Below, in pieces: positions 1 to 13,191 of a DNA stretch of 17,615 nucleotides. A program made the position numbers and the translations under genes. A model generated the notes under the pieces. That model was given only the letters and a program-made list of their open reading frames with translations. It was not told the origin of the DNA and ran no database searches. The stretch comes from Candidatus Krumholzibacteriia bacterium (GTDB taxonomy: Bacteria; Krumholzibacteriota; Krumholzibacteriia; LZORAL124-64-63): contig JAZBOO010000136.1 in the NCBI GenBank assembly GCA_036351155.1, positions 1-17,615 on the forward strand, written 5' to 3'. Within the stretch, counting starts at the first letter, position 1. Each line of letters opens with the position of its first letter.

Positions 1-375
1 CATGGCTTGGTCGTGGTGGTCACGCGCGCGGTCACGGCGCCGCTGTTTCTGGACAGGTGGAAGGGTCTGGAAGGCCTGAAGGTCCAGGGGCGGCTCGGGC
101 GCATCGTACCAGGTCTGCTCGCTGTACTTCTGGAAGGAATCATCGACCCGCAACCGGCCGAACATGTAGGCCCGGGCCAGAGGCCTGCGGTTGAACTTCC
201 AGTCCAGCTTGCCCCAGTCCACAAATTCATCGGCCATCAAAACAGGATCGTCGGCCACTTGCTCCACCGGTGGGCCGCCGCTGCAGGAGCTCAACAGTGA
301 TATCAGAATGGCAGCCAGAAAAAGGCACGGGAAAGTCGCAGCCCGCAGGGCGCGGGCGCCGGGATTCATCGTCAT
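1..375 (-). CDS. Putative lipoprotein of unknown function, 5' part only (runs off the left edge); not in the supplied ORF track
   Basis: My translation from ATG at 375 is open to position 1: MTMNPGARALRAATFPCLFLAAILISLLSSCSGGPPVEQVADDPVLMADEFVDWGKLDWKFNRRPLARAYMFGRLRVDDSFQKYSEQTWYDAPEPP... AAGGGGG RBS (390-384) lies 8 nt upstream. A hydrophobic signal ends in the lipobox LSSC. It is 59 bp downstream of the same-strand 738-aa gene. Alternative starts are 378 (TTG) and 369 (ATG). Confidence 0.8.
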   Translation of the reverse strand, partial: MTMNPGARALRAATFPCLFLAAILISLLSSCSGGPPVEQVADDPVLMADEFVDWGKLDWKFNRRPLARAYMFGRLRVDDSFQKYSEQTWYDAPEPPLDLQAFQTLPPVQKQRRRDRARDHHDQAM

Positions 376-434
376 CAAACCATCCCCCTTGGTTTGTGAG
401 GTCTTCAGGTCATGAAGCTATGGAAAAGAATAGC

Positions 435-2651
435 TCAAGGCGAGAACTCCAATCTGACGATGCTGAAGGTCTTCACTTCGATGTCGGTCACCGTGCGCTG
501 GCAATCCTCCTCGGACCAGTCGCGCACGTGGGTCCAGGTGCCCAGGTGGTCGGCCATCCCCAGGCCGATGAGCTGGTACACGTACGTGTCGGGTGCCCCC
601 GAAACGTAGGGCAAGCCGCCTCCCGCCCAGCTGACCACCATGTGGTCGGTCACCGTGTTGGTGATTCCGTACTGGGTCTGGGTCCAGTCGAAGTGGAACG
701 ACTCGACCTCGGTGCCGGCTCCGTTCAGGACGATCTGCAGGGACACCTGGTCACGGTAGCTGGGATCGCTGAAGGTTTGATCGTAATCCACCTGGTAGGT
801 GGTTCCGGTCCAGCTGCCCCCGTTCAGGTCGAAGGTGTAGCTGGTGGACAGGGGCCCGTCGGCCTGCCAGCAACCATCGCCCTCGTAGTGCATGTTCTCG
901 GTGACCAGGCCCAGTCGAAAATCGACACGGGGCAGGTCGAACACACCCCCCTCGGGCTCTTCTTCAATGGTCACCGCCAGGGTGGCGTTGCGCGTGGCGC
1001 TGTAGGGCGCCTCGTAGTAGCTGTTGCACACCACGGCCAGCAGGTGGGCGCCGCTCATCCGCATCTCCCGCAGGCCGCCGATCCACACCTCCTGGCCGCT
1101 GGCCAGGTGGGTCAGCTGGCCGCCTTGACGACGGAAGACCATCAGCTGCAGGTCCGGGGAATCCAGATCGTCGCTGTCCAGAACGAAGCGGGCTTCGGCC
1201 GAGGAGTCGATGTCGTTGTGGTCCAGCCGGATGCTGTAGATGCGGGCGCTCAGGTCCGTGAGGTCGCTGGAGAACAGGGTGGCGCTGTCGTCCGGGTCGT
1301 TGATCGACCACACCCCCGAAGCTGCTTCCACCCAGGGCACGTCGCCGATGGCCACCACATCACCTTCGGCCAGATCGCGCACGTAGGCCGGCCACCACTG
1401 GTCGCTGGTCTGCCCCGCACAGGCGGTGATGATGTTGGCGGGCGTGGGCAGATCGTCGTGATCCGAAAGATCCATCACCTGCTTGATCCAGTCTGGGCCC
1501 CAGCGACCGTCATCCGCAGCCCAGGCCAGGAAGTGGCCCATGCCTCGGGCGAAATCGACCAACGGGGGGTCGAGCGTGAAGTCAGCCCCCTGGTACAGTC
1601 CCCTGAGGGTCGCCATCAGGTCGGACCCGACCGGGGCCGCGGGCTGTTGTCCGGGATCCTGGTAGGTCCGGGCTGTCCACTCCCGGAATGCCCCGGCAAA
1701 CCACACGTGCCGCAGGGGATCGTTCTCGGGAAAGGTCATCACCGCGTCGATGTATTCCAGGGCGAAGTCCCGCAGGAAGAAATCCCGGGCGGCGGTCAAG
1801 TGGGCGCCGTCAAGGGCGCTGGGGTTGATGTAGAAAGAGCAGTCGATTTGATAGGGCATGGAGAAGTAGCGATCCCCGGAAACTCCCACGAACCCGTGAC
1901 CCGAGCTGGTCAACCGGCTCTGGACCAGGACTTCGATAGGGTCGAATTGGACCGATGTCTCGTTGTAATCGTCGTAACCGATCATCCGGAACCCCTGGTC
2001 CCGCAGGTCGGTCACCAGATCCACCACCGGGGCCATGAGCGATTCCAGGGCCACCCGTCGGTTGGCCGGAGCCTTGCACTGGAACAGAGGATCGGAATCG
2101 CTGGGAAGGTTGAAACTGACGATGCCGCTGACGCCCAGGAAATCGGCGATGACATCTTCGCTGACCTTCCCCGCCTCCTTGTCGTGAGGCTTGCTGTCCG
2201 GGGTGATCACCAGGGCGGAGTGCAGAACCCCGTCGTTCAGGGCGGCCGGAATCATGATCAGGGCGGCCTGGGGCGTTTCTTGACGAGTGAAGGCCTGCAA
2301 GTAGTGCCCTTCGGTGGGCGTGCCGGTGACGGTCAACGCCAGGCGAAACACCGCTCCCGGAGGCAAACCCGCCAGCCGAAACTGCCCGGTCATGGCCCCT
2401 TCTTCGGTGGGCGCCTCCAGGGCAAAAAGCTTCAGATCCGCCTCCTGGGGGAACATCCCCGGATCGACGGTGATCACCACCCCCTCGGCCTCCAGGGTGC
2501 CACCCGCCGGGCCAATGGTGGCCTCGACAAGCAGCTCCGCTTCTGGCTCGGGCGGTGGCGGATTGACCGGATCGCTGTCGCTGGAGCAGGAGTTCAGGAT
2601 GGAAAGGGCAAGAAGCAAGAAAACTGCGACGATGAGACGACGAGCCAACAT
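435..2651 (-). CDS. Large lipoprotein (738 aa): ZU5-like N-terminal domain, degenerate zincin-like middle region, beta-rich C-terminal region
   Basis: Signal MLARRLIVAVFLLLALSILNS-C (lipobox LNSC), then a Pro-rich linker PVNPPPPEPE and IGPAGGTL, typical of bacterial ZU5-like domains. AGGGGG RBS upstream. GC-ending codon bias favours this strand over the antisense 801-aa frame. Confidence 0.85.
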   Translation of the reverse strand: MLARRLIVAVFLLLALSILNSCSSDSDPVNPPPPEPEAELLVEATIGPAGGTLEAEGVVITVDPGMFPQEADLKLFALEAPTEEGAMTGQFRLAGLPPGAVFRLALTVTGTPTEGHYLQAFTRQETPQAALIMIPAALNDGVLHSALVITPDSKPHDKEAGKVSEDVIADFLGVSGIVSFNLPSDSDPLFQCKAPANRRVALESLMAPVVDLVTDLRDQGFRMIGYDDYNETSVQFDPIEVLVQSRLTSSGHGFVGVSGDRYFSMPYQIDCSFYINPSALDGAHLTAARDFFLRDFALEYIDAVMTFPENDPLRHVWFAGAFREWTARTYQDPGQQPAAPVGSDLMATLRGLYQGADFTLDPPLVDFARGMGHFLAWAADDGRWGPDWIKQVMDLSDHDDLPTPANIITACAGQTSDQWWPAYVRDLAEGDVVAIGDVPWVEAASGVWSINDPDDSATLFSSDLTDLSARIYSIRLDHNDIDSSAEARFVLDSDDLDSPDLQLMVFRRQGGQLTHLASGQEVWIGGLREMRMSGAHLLAVVCNSYYEAPYSATRNATLAVTIEEEPEGGVFDLPRVDFRLGLVTENMHYEGDGCWQADGPLSTSYTFDLNGGSWTGTTYQVDYDQTFSDPSYRDQVSLQIVLNGAGTEVESFHFDWTQTQYGITNTVTDHMVVSWAGGGLPYVSGAPDTYVYQLIGLGMADHLGTWTHVRDWSEEDCQRTVTDIEVKTFSIVRLEFSP

Positions 2652-2672
2652 GGGCCACCCCCTGGCTGGTGT

Positions 2673-2688
2673 TGAATGTCTGCATTCA
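2673..2688. promoter_or_regulatory. Perfect inverted repeat TGAATG-N4-CATTCA, candidate repressor operator
   Basis: tgaatg (2673-2678), tctg, cattca (2683-2688). It covers the predicted start site of the minus-strand promoter and touches its -10 element. Confidence 0.5.
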
Positions 2689-2716
2689 TCTTATCAGGTT
2701 GTCCTGGGTGGTTCAA
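2688..2716 (-). promoter_or_regulatory. Sigma70-type promoter for the lipoprotein genes
   Basis: The minus strand reads TTGAAC (2716-2711), 17 nt, TAAGAT (2693-2688), with the TGn extended -10 (TGaTAAGAT). It lies 36 nt upstream of the ATG at 2651. Confidence 0.65.
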
Positions 2717-2738
2717 TCTCGGAAGAACCCCAAACCGG

Positions 2739-2766
2739 TTGACGTGACGTGGTTTGGCTTTATCCT
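2739..2766 (+). promoter_or_regulatory. Candidate sigma70-type promoter for the aceE-aceF-lpdA operon
   Basis: TTGACG (2739-2744), 16 nt, TATCCT (2761-2766), 65 nt upstream of the aceE ATG. The -35 is bracketed by the inverted repeat CCAAACC (2730-2736) / GGTTTGG (2751-2757). Confidence 0.5.
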
Positions 2767-2831
2767 TTGGACAGGAAATCAATTGTCTTTTTCAATGCTT
2801 TTGTTCGGTCCCTTCTTCAGGAGAAGTGTCG

Positions 2832-5525
<2,694 letters not shown>

Positions 5526-5535
5526 CGAGGAAAAC

Positions 5536-6885
5536 ATGGCACAGGACATCCTGGTACCTGAAGTGTCGGACGGCGTGACCGAAGGAACAGTCATCAGTCT
5601 GGCCGTGGCGGTGGGCGACCGGGTCGAGGCCGACCAGACCCTGCTGGAAATGGAAACCGACAAGGCCGTGGTGGCCATTCCCTGTCCCTTCGAGGGCACC
5701 ATCACCGAGATCATGGTGGCCGAAGGTGACACGGTGCAGATCGGTCAGGCCATCATGAAGGGTGAGAGCGGCGGCGCTGCTGCGGCCCCGGCCAAGGAAG
5801 AGAAGAAAAAGCCCGAGGAGACCCCGCCACCGGCCGAACCGGAGCCCTCGGAGCCCGAACCGGCGTTGCCCCCGGCCCCCGCCGCGGCCCCGACGCCTCC
5901 CGCTTCCGATGCCCCGGTGGACAAGGCCCTGGACCTGACCCCGGTGCGCACCGGGGAGCAGGTGGCCCCGGCAGCGCCCTCGGTGCGCAGACTGGCCCGA
6001 GACCTGGGTGTGGACATTTATCAGGTGCAGGGCACCGGACCGGCAGGTCGGATCAGCGAGAACGATGTGCGCACCTTCGTGAAGGTGACCATGCAGCGCA
6101 TCACCGGTGGTGGACCGGCTCCCGCGGCCACCGGCGAGTTTCCCGGCCTGCATGCCCAGCGCCCGTTGCCCGACTTCAGCAAGTGGGGGCCTGTGAGCCA
6201 GGAAAAGCTGTCCAAGGTGCGCGATATCACCGCCGACGCCATGAGCTACGCCTGGTCCACCATTCCCATGGTGACGCAGTACGACAAGGCCGACATCAGC
6301 GAGCTGGAGGCCTTCCGCCGAGAGTTCAACCTGAAGGCGGCCCCCGAGGACAAGCTGACCATGACCGCCATCCTGATCAAGGTGTGCGCCGCGGCCCTGA
6401 AGGCTTTTCCCCAGTTCAACAGCAGCCTGGACCTGGCCCACAAGGAGCTGGTGCTGAAGCACTACGTGCACATCGGCGTGGCCGTGGACACCCCCGGCGG
6501 TTTGCTGGTGCCGGTGATTCGCGATGCCGACCAGAAGGGCATCGAGCAGCTGGCCGTCGAATTGAACGAGACCGCCGCCAAGACCCGTGAGCGCCGCATC
6601 TCGCCGGCCGACATGGAAGGCGGCACGTTCACCATCAGCAACCTGGGCGGCATTGGCGGCACGGCCTTCACGCCCATCGTCTACGCGCCCCAGGTGGCCA
6701 TCCTCGGGGTGTCGCGCTCGGCGACCGAGCCGGTGTGGAACGGACAGGAGTTTGCGCCCCGCAACATGATGCCTCTGTCGCTGACCTACGATCACCGGGT
6801 CATCGACGGCGCCGACGGTGCCCGGTTTTTGCGCTGGATCTGCGAGGCCATCAGGAAACCCATCCACCTGGTCATGAAGGGGTAG
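5536..6885 (+). CDS. aceF: Dihydrolipoamide acetyltransferase (PDH E2), single lipoyl domain
   Basis: Lipoyl motif METDKA, Pro/Ala/Glu linker, E3-binding domain AAPSVRRLARDLGVDI..V.GTGPAGRI, catalytic domain GGTFTISNLGGIG and LTYDHRVIDGA. GAGG RBS; 10 bp after aceE. Confidence 0.95.
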   Translation: MAQDILVPEVSDGVTEGTVISLAVAVGDRVEADQTLLEMETDKAVVAIPCPFEGTITEIMVAEGDTVQIGQAIMKGESGGAAAAPAKEEKKKPEETPPPAEPEPSEPEPALPPAPAAAPTPPASDAPVDKALDLTPVRTGEQVAPAAPSVRRLARDLGVDIYQVQGTGPAGRISENDVRTFVKVTMQRITGGGPAPAATGEFPGLHAQRPLPDFSKWGPVSQEKLSKVRDITADAMSYAWSTIPMVTQYDKADISELEAFRREFNLKAAPEDKLTMTAILIKVCAAALKAFPQFNSSLDLAHKELVLKHYVHIGVAVDTPGGLLVPVIRDADQKGIEQLAVELNETAAKTRERRISPADMEGGTFTISNLGGIGGTAFTPIVYAPQVAILGVSRSATEPVWNGQEFAPRNMMPLSLTYDHRVIDGADGARFLRWICEAIRKPIHLVMKG

Positions 6886-6889
6886 CAAC

Positions 6890-8293
6890 GTGAGCGAAAA
6901 GACGAGCATTCCGACCAAGGCCCAGCTGGTGGTCATCGGAGCCGGACCCGGCGGCTACCACGCCGCGTTCAAGGCGGCCGCCCTGGGGCTGGACGTGACC
7001 ATCATCGACCCCGAGGCCAACCCCGGCGGCGTGTGCCTGCACCGGGGCTGCATTCCCAGCAAGGCCCTGCTGCACGTGGCCAAGGTGGTGAACGAGGCGG
7101 CGGAATCGGCGGAGATCGGCCTGACCTTCACCAAACCCAAGATCGACGTGGACCGGGTGCGGGAATGGAAGAACGAGGTGGTGGGCAAGCTGACCGGCGG
7201 CCTGGGCGCCAAGGTGAAGCAGCAGAAGCTGACCTACGTGCGCGGCTTGGCCACATTCAAGAACAACAGCACTCTCGAGGTGACCGCCGATGACGGCACC
7301 ACCGGTGAGATGACCTTTGAGCAGGCCATCCTGGCCACCGGCTCGCGGCCTTCCATGCTGCCTGGTGTGAAAACCAGCGGCCGCATCATGAACTCGACCG
7401 GTGCCCTGGACCTCGAGGACGTGCCCAGGACCCTGCTGGTGATTGGCGGAGGATACATCGGCCTGGAGCTGGGGTCGGCCTACGCCGCCATGGGCAGCAA
7501 GGTGTCGGTGGTGGAGATGACCGGCGGCCTGCTGCCGGGCTGCGACCGTGATCTGGTGTCGGTGCTGAAGCGCCGGCTGGACAAGCAGTTCGCATCCATC
7601 CAGCTGAACACCAGGGTGGCCGAGTTGAAGGAACAGAAGAACGGCGTCATGGTGTCCCTGGAGGACAAGAAGGGCGAGACCACCAAGCAGCGCTTTGACA
7701 AGGTGCTGATTTCCATCGGACGCAAGCCCAATACCGAAAACCTGGGTCTGGGCAATACCGCCATCGTGGTGAACGACCGGGGTTTCGTCGAAGTGGACGG
7801 CCAGCGCCGCACCGCCGAGAAGAACATCTTCGCGATTGGCGATATCGCCGGCGATCCCATGCTGGCCCACAAGGCCTACGGGGAAGCCGATGTGGCGGCC
7901 GAGGTGGCCGCCGGGCGCAAGGCCATTTACGAGCCACGCGCCATTCCCGCGGTGGTGTTCACCGATCCGGAAATCGCCTGGTGCGGCCTGACCGAAACCG
8001 AGGCCAAGGACCAGAAGATCAAGGTCAAGACCGCCAAGCTGCCCTGGCGGGGCAATGGGCGCACCTTGACCCTGGGGCGCGAGGATGGCATGACCAAGTT
8101 GATCGTCGACCCCGAGACCGACCGCCTGCTGGGCATGGCCGTGGCCGGCCCGGGTGCGGGCGAGCTGATCGCCGAGGGTGTGCTGGCCATGGAGATGGCC
8201 GTGGTGGCGGAGGATCTCCGCAAGACCATCCACCCCCACCCGACCCTGTCGGAGACCATCTACGATGCGGCGGGGAGCCTGTTCAAGGCCTGA
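6890..8293 (+). CDS. lpdA: Dihydrolipoyl dehydrogenase (E3)
   Basis: FAD motif VIGAGPGGY, redox disulfide GGVCLHRGCIPSK, NAD motif GGGYIGLE, AIGD, and C-terminal HPHPTLSE. GTG start 4 bp after aceF with AAGGGG upstream. Confidence 0.97.
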   Translation: MSEKTSIPTKAQLVVIGAGPGGYHAAFKAAALGLDVTIIDPEANPGGVCLHRGCIPSKALLHVAKVVNEAAESAEIGLTFTKPKIDVDRVREWKNEVVGKLTGGLGAKVKQQKLTYVRGLATFKNNSTLEVTADDGTTGEMTFEQAILATGSRPSMLPGVKTSGRIMNSTGALDLEDVPRTLLVIGGGYIGLELGSAYAAMGSKVSVVEMTGGLLPGCDRDLVSVLKRRLDKQFASIQLNTRVAELKEQKNGVMVSLEDKKGETTKQRFDKVLISIGRKPNTENLGLGNTAIVVNDRGFVEVDGQRRTAEKNIFAIGDIAGDPMLAHKAYGEADVAAEVAAGRKAIYEPRAIPAVVFTDPEIAWCGLTETEAKDQKIKVKTAKLPWRGNGRTLTLGREDGMTKLIVDPETDRLLGMAVAGPGAGELIAEGVLAMEMAVVAEDLRKTIHPHPTLSETIYDAAGSLFKA

Positions 8294-8331
8294 GCGGGCC
8301 GTGTGTCATCTGAGCGAGAAACCAGAAGTGG

Positions 8332-8469
8332 TCAGGTTTTGCTGGCCACCTCGAAGAGTTTTTTCCCGCTCTTTTTGTCGTTCTTGATCTTCCGTTTTTC
8401 CTTGGGAGTGTGCTGGGCTGTCTTCTGCTGTTCCCGTTTCCCCTTGTCCTTGCTTCCCTTGTCACCCAT
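8332..8469 (-). CDS. Small Lys-rich protein (45 aa), function unknown
   Basis: MGDKGSKDKGKREQQKTAQHTPKEKRKIKNDKKSGKKLFEVASKT. GGAGG RBS (8481-8477) lies 7 nt before the ATG at 8469. It has 14 Lys and 2 Arg. It is the 3' part of the track's 8332..8610 frame. Confidence 0.65.
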   Translation of the reverse strand: MGDKGSKDKGKREQQKTAQHTPKEKRKIKNDKKSGKKLFEVASKT

Positions 8470-8563
8470 CTCGGTCCCTCCTGGTTCAGCGCATATGGGC
8501 ACCGATCGGTTTGGTCGGTGACCCTGTTTACCTGACCATGCATAGCTCAAGATGAGGTTGGAC

Positions 8564-8586
8564 GCCTGGATCCGGGCCTTTTTTTT
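8564..8586 (+). terminator. Candidate intrinsic terminator
   Basis: Stem GCCUG-gauc-CGGGC (8564-8577, one G-U pair), then C and a run of 8 T (8579-8586). The stem is short. Confidence 0.55.
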
Positions 8587-8598
8587 GAAAGTTTTCAG

Positions 8599-8625
8599 TA
8601 AAGATCTCACTTAGGTTGTCGAAAT
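8599..8625 (+). promoter_or_regulatory. Candidate sigma28 (FliA/SigD)-type promoter for the sensor kinase
   Basis: TAAA (8599-8602), 15 nt, GTCGAAAT (8618-8625), versus the consensus TAAA-N15-GCCGATAA. The -35 and spacing are exact; the -10 matches 5 of 8. Confidence 0.45.
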
Positions 8626-8691
8626 ATCATTATCACTTTCCCGGCGGAGGTCCGGCAAAGCCATCTCCTGTTCTTTTCCCAGCTTGAGTGC

Positions 8692-12292
<3,601 letters not shown>

Positions 12293-12315
<23 letters not shown>

Positions 12316-13117
12316 GCGCCTCGGACATTTTCTCGTTCAGCTGACGAATTCGGGTCTCGTCCGAAGGGTGCGTGCTCATGAACTCGGGGGGAGCCTGCCC
12401 GCCCCCCGCCGCCGACATGCGCTCCCAGAAAGCCGGAGCGACCCGGGGATCATACCCCGCCATGGCCATGAAGATGAGGCCCATGTGGTCGGCCTCGCTC
12501 TCGTGCTTGCGGCTGAACGGCAACATGGCACCATACTGGGCGCCCACGGCAAAGGCGCTCATGTACAGGGCCTGGGTTTCCTCGGGTTTATTGCTGAGGG
12601 CTTCGCTCAAAGCCATACCCCCCAGCTGCAGCATCAGCCCCTGGCTCATGCGCTCGCCGCCATGTTCGGCGATGGCATGGGCCACCTCGTGACCCATCAC
12701 CACGGCAACACCGGCTTCATCCTGGCAGATGGGCAGAATGCCGGTGTAGAAGGCCACCTTGCCCCCGGGCATGCACCAGGCGTTGACCTGGTCGCTTTCG
12801 ATCAGGTTGAAATCCCAGGCATATCCCTCCAGGTGGCTGCTCATGCCTTCGCGCCGAAAGTATTCCTCCACGGCGCCCTGGATACGGCGCCCCACGCGCT
12901 GGACCATGGCCACCGCGTCGGCATCCTTGCTGAGCTGGCTTTCCGCCAGCACCTGATCGTACTGGGAAAAGCTCATGGCGTTCATCTGGCTGTCGGGGAT
13001 GATGCTCAGTTGCTTGCGCCCGGTGATGGGCACGGTGGCGCAAGCGGCCAGCAGTAGAAGGGCAGCCAGGGCCAGACCCAGAACGGCTTTCCTGGAGACA
13101 CGGGTAGAAATCGCCAT
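12293..13117 (-). CDS. M48 family zinc metallopeptidase, lipoprotein (Oma1/LoiP-like)
   Basis: Lipobox LAAC then ATVPITGRKQL; VNAWCMPGGK; HEVAH (HExxH, 12691-12677); FSRKHESEAD; FMSTHP. AGGAGAG RBS upstream. Confidence 0.95.
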
Positions 13118-13191
13118 CGCTCAACTCTCTCCTGTTGCGGGGGTGGTGACGCCCCCATGAATACCATTTCGATAGCCCGGCCGCCACAGAT

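Noticed and set aside
270..2675. 801-aa plus-strand ORF
   Set aside because: Antisense shadow of the 738-aa lipoprotein gene. It has no motifs and the V/G/H/Q-rich composition expected when GC-rich coding DNA is read backwards.
2754..2831. N-terminal extension of AceE in the ORF track
   Set aside because: It overlaps the predicted promoter and has no RBS. ATG 2832 has a well-spaced AGGAG.
5770..5915. Low-complexity, repeat-like GC-rich stretch
   Set aside because: It encodes the normal Pro/Ala/Glu linker of E2 and is not a DNA repeat element.
8332..8586. Type I toxin-antitoxin interpretation of the small ORF plus antisense terminator
   Set aside because: Typical type I toxins are hydrophobic membrane peptides, whereas this one is hydrophilic and basic, and I see no dedicated antisense promoter. 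Not strictly excluded.
8611..8664. Tiny minus-strand ORF MALPDLRRESDNDISTT preceded by AGGAG
   Set aside because: The AGGAG directly abuts the ATG, too close to work as an RBS, and the ORF overlaps predicted promoter elements.
8470..8690. Possible c-di-GMP or other riboswitch upstream of the kinase (GGCAAAGCC at ~8654)
   Set aside because: The GGCAAAC..GAAA..G(A/G)CGCAAA two-stem pattern of the c-di-GMP-I class is absent, and I see no other recognisable aptamer. cmscan would settle it.
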